Below the pieces are notes generated by a model that worked only from the letters and a program-made list of their open reading frames with translations, was not told where the DNA came from and searched no databases. From positions 62,001 to 124,000 of the forward strand of contig NC_045698.1 of NCBI RefSeq assembly GCF_009834535.1: a stretch of 62,000 bases of DNA. Direction: 5' to 3'. Both the position numbers and the translations under genes were made by a program. The DNA is from Camelus ferus. Taxonomy: Eukaryota. Every line of letters starts with the position of its first letter. The first letter of the stretch is position 1. Below, one piece after another: positions 51,180-62,000 of this stretch.

Positions 51180-52629
51180 GTAAGTATGGATGCAGAGACA
51201 ACAGATGCGCCTTGGCCGAGCAGCCCAAGCTCGCCCACAAGCCTCCTTGCTCACTCACACTCTGCCTGTACTGCATCTGAATGGAGGAACCAGGGTAGGA
51301 AAGCTAAGTTTGTTGTCATTAAAACTACAGGAGATATTTTTTTTAGGTTGACACGATCTTTTCTGGTTTAGCCGTGGTTTAGAATAAACAAAACTCTTAC
51401 TTCCAGCTGAAAGCATATTTCAGCATGGGGACACCAGTCTGTGCTGATGGTGGTTAACATCAGTTTTACACACTTTTTATCGGGCACCTTCAAAGAACTG
51501 AAAGAACTAAAGAACTGAGTTCACCCAAACTGCCTTAAAAACCAATATTTCATTGTCAGTTTGCATTTTGTATTAAAAGATAAAAAGCTTTGAAGTCCTT
51601 TCAAGATGAAATACACTGTTACCCTTGTGGACTAATTGGTGAGTTAGATTCACAGTAATGTTCCATTGACAAACAAAGAAAGCAGATAAGCAGAAATGTG
51701 GGGGCTTTGTGCTGTGCCACCGCTGATAGAGAACTGGTTGACGTTTACATGTGGTGTCCCCCAGCCCTGGCCTCAGCCCAGAGACACAGCCCACCCTGGC
51801 TAGCCTCTTCATCCTCTGCACCTCCACACCTGCCCCTTGCTTCCTTTACTTCTTTGGTAGGCCCATTTCCCCTTCACCCTGAGGGCAGGGCCGTGTGTGT
51901 TGACCGACCACTGCAGGATCAGCAGGTGAGCAGTAAGGTGGGGTCACTCCCTGGTCACTGCTGGCACAGTGGGCTCCTGAGCCCTGGGAAAGCCTTGATC
52001 CGGGACCTTGTGTTTGTAGCTGCTTCTGTCCTGGGTAAAGACCAAGTGAACATGAGCAAGGGCTTCCTGTGTGTATCCATCATTACCTAAAGGTAATGCT
52101 GCATGGAAAGCTCCTCCCAGGACTTTTACAGCTCCTGGGTTTTGAGCTCCTTGATGAGGCTATGAAATGCAAGAAAGGATAACTGAGGACTCTGCTTTTA
52201 GACGTTTTGCATGCACTTGACCATGAGGAGAAATCAACAAGCCCCCAGAGACAGAGGCAGTGGGTGGCCATCCCCTCAACCTCAGGCTCAGACCACTAAC
52301 TGCCCAGCCTCCAAGCACAGAGTGAAATAAGGAGGGATTCCATGTCACCGTCAGTCATTTGGAATTTGTGTTGGGTCAGAGAATGGTGGTGTTAACACAG
52401 CACTTGCTCCTCCATGTCTTCACCCAGAAGGTAGCTGGGGCCCATGGGACTTGGCTCAGGAGGCAGAGTGGGGCTGCCTTGTCCTCTGTTCTCATGCCCC
52501 TCGCAGCCTTGCAGGGGTTCCTTCCCGGAGGTGGGGTCAGCAGGCTTGCAGTGAAGGGCCAGACAGAAAGCAGCTGAGGCTTTGAGGGACCGTTGGGTCT
52601 GGGTCCTAACTCCTCGCCTCTGGCTGTGT

Positions 52630-52785
52630 CACAGCAGTGACCGTGGGCAATACACAGAATGAGGGTTGCTGCATTCCAATGAACTTTACTTATGGCCACT
52701 AAATTTGAATTTCAGATAATTTTCACATGTCACTGACTAGTGTTTTTTTCCCCAAGCACTGGTTCCATGGTTTGCCAGCCCCTGA
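52630..52785 (+). mobile_element. MER58-like hAT DNA transposon relic
   Basis: gctgcattccaatgaactttacttatggccactaaatttgaatttcagataattttcacatgtcac...tggtttgccagcccctg. Confidence 0.7.
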
Positions 52786-55700
52786 GCATCAGGTAGAGAG
52801 CTGGAGGTCACCAGGGTGCCCCCCACACCCCTGGTGACGTCCTGGGTACCCCATCTGCTGGGTGGAGGCTGAGAGGCAGCCTCTGCAGAGAGCACCCAGA
52901 GGAAGAGTCTGAGTGCATCTGGTGGAGGGCGACTCACCAGAAGATAAAACAAGCCAATTCTGTGAAGTCGGGCTGACTCAGGGGTAAGAGGGGGGCCACC
53001 GTCATGCCTGCAAAATTGATGCGGCCTCCTAGGCCTAGCCTGCAGCAGAAGAAGGTGTGCAGGAAGAGAGGCAGGCAGTCCAGGTGTGCAGCTCCTGTGG
53101 GAGAGTGGCCAGCAGGAAATGGCCCCCACCTGCCCACTCGGCTTCCCCACCTCTGAGGGAAGGCGCTCTGATGTTCTGTCCGGGGAGGACTGGTTTTAGA
53201 AATGCTTGAGAAGTTATGTTTATTTGATTTTGTTGTCTAACCTAAGGTTGCTTCTGTTTGTGATTTGTTTAATGCCAAGCCTGGATAGGAAAGCAGGCCC
53301 CTTAAAACATGATTAAAATGGGGACATGAGATCCTGCTTGAACAGAAAAGGGAATCGTGTTGATAAAAGGCCTGTGGCTTTGGAGCTGAGGGCTGCAGGG
53401 CGTGTTGGCGGGGAGGGTGCAGGTCTGCTGCTCGTCCCTGGAAGAGAGCCTCTGGTGGGCCGTCTCAGATGCCCACTTGGCACCTGCGTGGCCAGGCCCC
53501 CTCCTGAGGCCCAGCCCTCCGTCCTTGCAGCCACTCTGTGTAACCGCTGAGGGAACGGAGGTGAGACCACGCGAGTGCCGGGCCTCGCCTCTTCCTCACA
53601 CCTCGGTCCCCCGGACACACGCCAGGGACCTGCGGGGCTCGATGGGCAGGTGGGGGGGGGTCCCGAGTCCTTCCCGCAGAGCAGCCTCTGCCCACCACAC
53701 TGCCAGCCAGCTAGTCTCAGCGAGTCCCTAAACCTCGCGCTGGTCTGGAGTCTGGGTGGGCCTGAGGAGCGAGGATCAGTTTTAAGGCGAAGTAGGTGGG
53801 GTGTAAGCCTTCCTTGCTCAGGGTGGACTCGGGGGTGGACTGGGGCATCTGATGCAGGAGGAGAGTAAAGGAAGTGCAGCCTCTATCTGCTCGGCCCCAG
53901 AGAAGCGGCGTACCAGCTCCCCGCTGGCAGAGTGTCCAGCGCTGGTGGATTTCCAGTGATTACACGCCAGCTTTAGAATTATCAGTCAGAGATAGCGTGA
54001 TGCAGCCTCAGTAAGTCATGTGTAAATTCAGAGAAGACATTTTCAGGGTTTATTTGGAATCATTATTTTCTGGATTCACCTGCAAGGCCTGTTACAGAAA
54101 GTACAGCCCTGAAGCTTGAACCCTGAAATAGCTCCTTTGTTTTGGCATCCTCCTAATTTGGCCCCGAAAACCGAAAAGTGTTGGTACCATGAAAAAACAA
54201 AGTCTGTGGATGAAGAAACTCTGTGTGGAAATGTTTCTGGAGCACTGTCAGTCCCCCCACCCCTGGAAATACAAACACCTAGAGCCACCAAGCCAACAGG
54301 GAGGCTGGAGCCCCGGGTTCTGCTCCCACCCCTCCCCCCAGGCTAAGTCCACCAGAAAGCTCCAGCTCAGGATGCACCCACGTGTCTGCACACAGCTGGT
54401 CCTGCAGGTGCACTTATCAGGAGGGCACCTCAGTGTGGGTGTGGCTACCCTCGTGGGAGGGGTCCCAGATGCTGCAGGCACCAATGCCCTGGCTCCCAGA
54501 GGGCATCACATCAGCTTCATCTGGGATCTGGGGTGCTGCCCAGCTCGCGGCAGAGGGAGGGGTTCGAGGCGGAGCATGGGTCTGCTTGCAGAGCTTCTGC
54601 TCAAACCGTGTGTGCGCTGCCACCACATTTCCTTGCCAGGAGCCACTCCTGATGCCAGTGGGTGGGGGCGTGCCATCCTCCCAGGGAGGCAGGGATCCGT
54701 GGATAACTGTCCCCACAGAGGGTGTGCAGTTTCTGCCGGCTCCGTGCCCATGTGGAAGGCAGGTCCTCTCTGTCCAGCACCCTGCAGGACTGGTGTTCCT
54801 CAGAAGGGTCTTCCACGTAAATTCAGCTCCTTTAGAGCCTGAGCGTCTTGGTCATAAGATTTGGTTAGGCATTTCCCTGCCTCCCTCTTCTAAAGATGCT
54901 GTAGGTGTAACTCAACTCCGTGAACGGTCCGGGCGACCACATGGTGCACTGGCTGGGAGCAGACCCTGGTTTTGGAGACATGGGCCCAGAGGACAGCTAA
55001 GCGCTAAGTGAGAGTCTGAGCTTACAAGAGAGCTCTCCTGGGTTAGGGAGGCTGAGAAGTGTCTGTGGAGGGTGTGCAGTGAGCCACTACAGCCTGGGGT
55101 CAGTGCCGGGAGCACTGGCCAGAGAGAGAAGACCTCAGCCCAGGAAAGGCCCAAAACTGGAGGCTGGACTGGGTGGTCCAGCTCCTGCCTCCTCAGCCCA
55201 GGACAAGCAGGCCACACCAATGTGTATCTTGCCCCTGGGCCCTCCATTCAGAGGCAGCTGCAGCAAGACCATCCTAAACCTCCAGTCCCCTGTAGAACGG
55301 ACGCCTCCCACCCTTGGGGCCCTTCACACAGGGACGTCACTAGAGCGGCTCCTCTGTGCATCTCGGACGCGGGGACCTGCCGGCATCTAAGACTGGCAGG
55401 TGACAGAGGCTGCCAAGGCTGCTTCCAGAGTCTGGCGGTATTTCTGCTCCTTGTTATGAAGCCCCTGCCCTGATTCATAGTTCACTGAATCCTTAGAAAC
55501 CAACTCCTGGGCATCTGCTCAGAGGAGCCAGAATTTCCCTGGAGACAGCTGCCTTCTGCATCTGTCTGGACACCTGCAATGTGTTTAATTAAAGACCACA
55601 TCTCTGTTAGGCCTGCTGCTTCCTCCACAGGCCGGTAACCTTAGCAGTGTTGCCATGGCTCACTGACAGCTGTGGCAGGTCTAGTCCAGGAAGGAAGTCA

Positions 55701-58700
55701 CAGATGCAGGAGTCCTGATCAACATCTGCACAAGACCCGTGCTGTTAGTATCAGAAAGGAGAGCAACGAGCTCAGACAACAGGCTCCTTCAGAGGCTCTA
55801 CTCGCTGCTATGAAATTTACGGACCCTTAGTTTGAATATGGAAGAGCTGGGAATAGCCTAGTCTGCTTCCTTTCCTGAGAAGAACACCGGCGGGGCCCCG
55901 TCCAGCACTTGTATTTTCAGATGAAGGTCCTGGTCCTTAGATTGAAATTTTGCTTTTGAGATTTTAAAAACACCTTAGGCTTAAATACAAAGTTGTTTTT
56001 TAACATTTGCATGTCTATTTATTTTAACACTTTTTTGTTTTTAGTCTGATAGAAAAAATTGTATGCAGTGTTTAATATCATAATTTAATAACTATGTAGT
56101 ATTTAATAATGTAGTATTTCATTACACACTGCACTTTTAAAAGTTTCGAGTTAGACAGTATTTTCTCATGACTGTCTCTGCCGTCTCCCTGCGTTTCTGG
56201 AGTTCTGTCCAATGGCTCCTCCCACTGCAGAGTGGCCGAGAGCAGCTCTCGATGAAAAACAAGGCTGCAGAAGTGAGAGGTAGAGTCCAGGGAGGTGCAC
56301 GGCAGGAGTGAGGTAAGTGTGGGCGTGCTGAGTGTGTTTGTGTACATGCCTGTGCTTCATGCTCATATGTGTACACATGTGTGTGCATGTGCATGTGTGC
56401 AGGGAGGTGAAGGTGCAGGGCACTGTTTTGTGTGTGTACATGTATGTATGTGTGTGTGCATGTGGGGAGACCGAGGCACAGGGTGCAGTCCGGTCCCCTT
56501 GTCCTCCCCTTGGGTTTGCTCAGTGTGCACTGTGGATGGCAGGCTGGAATGTGCGGCTTTCTGGGGCCTGCCCGCCAGGACGTGCTCTCAGGCTGTAGAA
56601 GTTAAACACAATGGGCTGATTATCAGTCTGTAAGCCAACTCCAGCTCTGCCTTCTCTTGCTGCTGGAGGAGGGGTGTGCCCAGTGGGACAGCCCCTCGTG
56701 CCCCCAGGGCACTTCCTCCCAGGACCTAGCTCACACCGACACCTGCTTAGCCCACTGGGCTCTGCCGGACTTGCTGTTCTCAACTGATTGCCCCCATCCC
56801 AGGCACCCAGGCACCCAGTCCCTGGCCCCATCCTGTCCTCCTTGTGGGTTCCTGGACAGCCTCTGGCCATTGCGGGGGATTGAGGGGGCCCTGCAGGAAG
56901 GCAGAAGGAATCCCTGGAATGCTTCTTGCCCACATCTGCACTCTGCTTCCATGGTGAGGCCGGCCTGGACCCCAGGCACTGCTATCTGCTGTGCTCCCAC
57001 CTGCCCTTCCTGCCTGGGGTCTGGCCTTGTTCCCTGGGGTCAGTTTTGAGGGTCCTCTCCACCTCAGATTGTGAGTCAGTGAAAGGCAGGGTCACCTTGA
57101 GCAGGGGTTTCTGGGAATGTTGGTGTGGACGGGGGTAGGGAACTAGGCCAGGCGTGGGCATCCTGAGGCTTCAAGCCGGACATGCCTGGTGTGGGAGGGG
57201 GCTCTGGCCAGATCACAGGGGTGTCTGTCATGGCTCACCTGGATGCCCCGCAACTTAGTATTCCAGGTGGGGCTGCAGCATGAGACCCAGGTTCCAGGTG
57301 GGCCAGGTTTTCTGGGCTTCAGAGAGGACAGGTGTCAGAGGAAAGGCAGAAAGCTGTGCTCTTTCTGCAGTCACCACCCTGGGCTCAGTTACAACTGAGA
57401 GGTTTAAAAGGCAACTGTTGAATGGGCTGTGGGGTTGGGAGAGAAGGGGTCTCAGTGACATAGGGCTCCCTGGAGCCCCCTGCCCAGCTGCTGGCACCCA
57501 GAGTCTCCCGGAGGCTTCTTGTGCCAGTTTTGGTAGAACAGGGCCAGGAAGCTGTGTGTCAGGGAGCTCGACGTTTGTGGACAAAGCTCTCATCAAGGCC
57601 CAAGGTCTCTAAACCCTGTCAGAGAGATTAGGGTGCGTGATTAGGACGCTCTTGGTGATCCCGAACTCTGACCTCTCCCTCCCCGTGCAACTTTGGGCCA
57701 AAGGAAGCTCCACCCTTTAGAAGCATCTTCAGCCTCCCCTGCTGGGGTGGGGCAGGGAATCCCTAACGAAGCAGCCTACCAGTGGAGAGCAGGGCCGGTA
57801 CAGACAGATTGGTTGTAGACAGGCTAGCACGCCAGCCCAGCTGGGAGACTAAGCTTTCCAGACAAGTTTTCTTTGACTCAGAGGTGGCTTCCTGGTCTCC
57901 ACACACAGGAAACAGAGCCGGCCATCAGTCCCCTTGGGCAGGACACCACGACCATCGCTGGGTGCTTTCAGGAAGAGGCCTCTCTTAAGAGCACCTGAGT
58001 GGCTGGAACCAGGTCGGCTGCCCAGAGCAAGTCTCCTGGGGAGTGTGGGTTTCACCCCCACAGGGCTGAGAAAGTGGCTATTGATGGAAAGTGGGCCAGA
58101 GCGAGGCCCATTGTGGATGCCCCTCCATGCCTGGGGCCCCTGCTCAGGGGAACTGCAGGAAGGGCTCCAGTGCCCCATGGCGGGTGCCTGCTGCCCCCAC
58201 ATCCTGATTTTTGTGTATAAAATCTGGCCAGAGGCAAAGGCCACAGTGGTGAATTAAACAGTTACCTTGACCTTGTGGGATGGAAGTGCCTAGCTGACGG
58301 ACCCCCCTCAGATGGTCCCATCCTAGGCTGTCGCCACCAGGGGTATCATGGGGCTGATCAGGGGGCTGCAGGCGGGGCCTTGATGACCACGGCCCCCACC
58401 CCACCCACCACTCAGGCCTTGCCGTGTTCTGCTTGCTTTTTGCACCCCAACGTCCGCTCCCTGTGGATTCTCAGGACGAGGTGACTGGCTGGGTCCAGAG
58501 AAGCCCCCGCCTAGCTGATGGTTGTGGACAGGACTGTGCCACACAGCTGCCTGGTTCTCCCCTCACCCCATCTGAGACCCCACCCTGTGTCCTAGACACC
58601 CCTACTGTCCCTGGGTGCAGTGACCCAGGTATCAAGGGCCCGCCACAAGACTGAGCATCTGGGCTTCTTGGTCACCTGGGGTGGTCACAGGGCAGGCATC

Positions 58701-61700
58701 CCGAGGTGGCTGTGCTGCTGCCTCTGACATTCTTGCACTTTCTGTCCCCATGGGGACATCGCACCCTGACTGTCCAGCAGTCTGTCGTCTTGGTGCCTTC
58801 CCTGGGGCCCTCAGTGAGCTCCTGCAGACCCTCTCCCAATGTGTGGGTCACCCTGCCTGTGGCTGCTGGCGACCAATGGCTCTGTCCTGGGCCCACACCT
58901 TTCACTCCCTCTCTGAGACGCTGCACTTGAATTAAAATGAGAGCCCTGAGGGGCAGTCTGGTAGGCTGGGCTCGGCCACGTCTTTCCAGCCAGCCAGGCA
59001 GGCCCTAAATGGGTGCCCCATTCAGCTGGCATCGTTTACGTCCTCACACACCTGCAGAGAGAAAACATCCCTTTCCTGTGACATTTAGCTGGTTCTTGCC
59101 TCCGGAGGAGAAGCAGTTGTTTCCAGCATGTGTCCTTCCTGCATCTCTACGACAGGCCCCCCACGAGGCTCCCAGCCCCTGTCGTCTCATCGCCAGCACT
59201 TGCAAGGTCTAGAGGGTCATGGGGAGGGCCTGTGCACTGAGACCTCGTCCTCTCCCCCAGGCCCTGCGCTGGGAGGAGCCTGCTGAGTCGGGGGCACTGC
59301 TGTGACGAGAAACGATAATCGCTCTCGTGTCAGTAAAATTTTACTAAAGTTCACGGGGTAAATACATCCATCATTGAAGAGCGAAGCTTTCAAATGTTTT
59401 CCCAGGCATAAATTTCCTGTTGTTAAAATGCAAAGGCAGCTCTGCTGTTGGCCAAATGACGGGAATTCCCAGTGCAGCGGAAGGGAAGTCACATGCTTTT
59501 ACACCAGCTCTGGGTGAGCTGTCCCACTAACTGTGTCACACTGGTCACAGCCTAAGCCACGGTGAGGTTTATGGTCCAGTAAACAGGCGCAATCCTGAGT
59601 CCTGAAGCCGACTTGTGTTCGTGTGAGTGCGTTTGCTTCAAATTGGAACCCTGAGTTACCTCCGGAGAAGTCAGCCCTTTCCTTTCTACCAAGTCACTGG
59701 CATCTCTCACTTGGGATATTTTGACAGTTTGCTAGGTTTTGGTGGATGAGTGAGTTACAGCTAACAGAGAGCGGAAGCAGGTGGAAACAGAAGTGCTCGG
59801 TGGACATTCTCCCACCCTGTGTCCATGCCCTCCTCATCCTCTGCACCCGAACAATTTTAAGATTTGCCCACACATACTTCTCCTGGGTCAGTACTTATGT
59901 ACATGCACACATGCACACACACACTCGGCCAAGCAAACATCAGGGAGCTGATGCTAAACAGGAAATATTCCACGTGATGGAAACTTACCCTTGAAGATAC
60001 TCAAACAACATTCTCTTTTTAAGCATTCTTATGGAAATCTTTCTGAAACATACTGTATACTTTCCTGTTTTCTTAAGTGGAATCGAATATATTCCAGGTA
60101 ACTTGGTTTTGCTGTGATGTGGTAGTTTTTGCCTCTCTGCCCGCGGGCTCCTGTATGTCTGCTGCTTCCTCATACAATTTGTATGTCCTAAGCACACTAA
60201 GTTGTCTGAGTCGTGTGCAGGTGGAAACGGTTTCCTGTACCCATGGCTCCAGCCTGGGGCCGCCCTTCATGCTTCGAGTGGTTTGTATCTGTTCTGGGGT
60301 GCAGACCCTAGACGTCTGCTCTGGTCAGGTACCTGGCTTATCCACCAGAACCCCCTCCCAGGGCAGGAAGGGCACCATCCTCAGAGTGACTGGGGGCTCT
60401 GTCAGTGTCCTGAGCGCAGCCTCATGTTGCCAGCTCTCCCTGGACAAGAAGTGCCCAGAGAGCAGTGTCAGCAGGAGGGGCTGTGCACGCAGGGGAGGCT
60501 GGAGAAGTCGCTCCCTTGGCTTTCCCAGGGATTCCTCGACTTACATGCCCAGAAGTAGCCTCACAGCCGGCAGGCAGCTCCCCTTGGCAGCTCTTGCCCA
60601 GCCAGGCTCTGAGTAGGGATGGCCACACACTGCGTGGGGGCTGAGTGTGGGCCCTGACTCAGGCACGGCGGGAACCAAAGGGCAGAAAAAGGCCATGGAG
60701 GCCGCCATTGCCCCATAGGTGACCAGGGCTGTGGGATCTCGGTGAGTGGCGGTCCCTCCTCCTCACACTGGGCAGTTTTCAGAAGGTGAGCCGGTGAGAC
60801 AGAGGCTGGAAGGCTGCTGACCACAGCTAACCTAGAAGCAGACCGGCCCCGTGGGTCTGGGAGAGGAATTGGCCTGGGTTTGGGAAGCTGAGTGGCAGGA
60901 AGATATCTCTCCCCAGGAGGGCCCAACATTTGCATTTCAGTTCAAGGGAGGTCCTTCAAGACTGTCCCCAGGATCACATCCCACTTCTTCCTGCCAGTCT
61001 CTGTCTCAAGTAAGCATTTGCTTCCAAGGAGGGTGGGTCCTGCCCCTGCTCGGAACCAGCTCTGTTCAGTCCCTGCACTGACGTTTGGTCCTAAATCAGG
61101 TGTGATGTGGGCCCTTGGAAGTCAGAGCACATGGGCACTTTTGGGATGCAATAGTGTTTAGAGTATTCCCATGGCCAGAGGAGTGGCCCTGCCTAGTGGG
61201 GAGGCAGCCGTGTGGAGAGGGAGCAGACAGGAGGCCTGTGGGAGGGACAGGAGGGAGTGGAGCCGGTCCCAGCAACTGGACTGATCCAGCAACGCATGGC
61301 TCCCCAGGTGCTGTGTGGCCTGGCCCACTGGCAGGACAGACGGCTTCTCTACTAGTCCTCATCCACTGCAAACCCAGAGGATTCCTATTTTATTTTCAAT
61401 TTTCTTGAGATTAGCCATTCAGAAGAGTCTGCGACAGTAACCATTGTTCCTTTAAAAGTTGATTTTGCAATTTTAACCTCTTTGGCTTCTGTTATTTGTG
61501 GCCTTGTATGTCTTCTCCAAACGAATGAGCCTGGTGGTATCTCCTCAGGAAATGTTACATCTAAAAATAGAATTAACATTTTTTAAACTAAAAAGCATTC
61601 TGTCTCTACATAGAAGCATGTTGCACCAAACATTTAAAGAGGGATTCAGACACCAATGATACTGTTTTCCAAATGGCTGCATGAGCACAATCCTGTGGTT

Positions 61701-62000
61701 TTGAGGAAGGCTGCCATAATGGTTTCTGTTTAACTTTTTAAAAATCATCAATATAAGTAAAATGTTTCCTGGGATGAAGTTTTCTGACTATAAAATGGGA
61801 CATGGACCAGCTCTGACCTCCCCCAGGGCCCCGATTCCCTGCGCAGACTAGGAGTGCCGGGGAGAGGGACCAGGGAAGGGAAGGCCCCCAAGAAAGTGCA
61901 CAGGCTCCCAGAAGAGCCTAAAACGCAACATTTAAGATGCATATTTCAGAATTTGATGGGATGGAACTTAAGTCAAACCTAAACTCACTTGTGCCTTGTG

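Noticed and set aside
49437..61408. Many 100-220-aa ORFs and isolated GTAAGT or ACTTAC donors (e.g. 56313 on +, ~59983-59988 on -)
   Set aside because: No recognisable domains or consistent exon chain; typical GC-rich intronic background.

Overview
This is mammalian genomic DNA. It is most likely a cetartiodactyl, probably a camelid; this is inferred from the style of the young LINE-1 3' ends and from no recognisable Alu, Bov-tA or PRE1 SINEs, and is not verified. From left to right: (1) 1-~4750 is the edge of a GC/CpG-rich tandem satellite of about 266 bp (18 anchor copies) with recurring monomer subtypes; most monomers carry a CTCF-like motif and a kappaB-like decamer. (2) A minus-strand ERV solo LTR ends the array, followed by about 2.6 kb of CpG-retaining, microsatellite-rich DNA resembling rDNA intergenic spacer, then a 100-N scaffold gap (7767-7866). 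(3) The rest is ordinary repeat-containing euchromatin: a complete processed CRABP1 pseudogene, three young 5'-truncated L1 inserts, older L1/L2/LTR/DNA-transposon relics, an L1 with a twin-priming-like inversion ending at (CTAACC)3, a 40-bp minisatellite, and a CpG island containing a probable first coding exon (MALRAVLGRGDRGSGAQ) of a + strand gene I cannot name. The rest of the window after that exon is probably intron. Almost all ORFs in the supplied track are spurious. I found no prokaryote-type system such as CRISPR or an operon.
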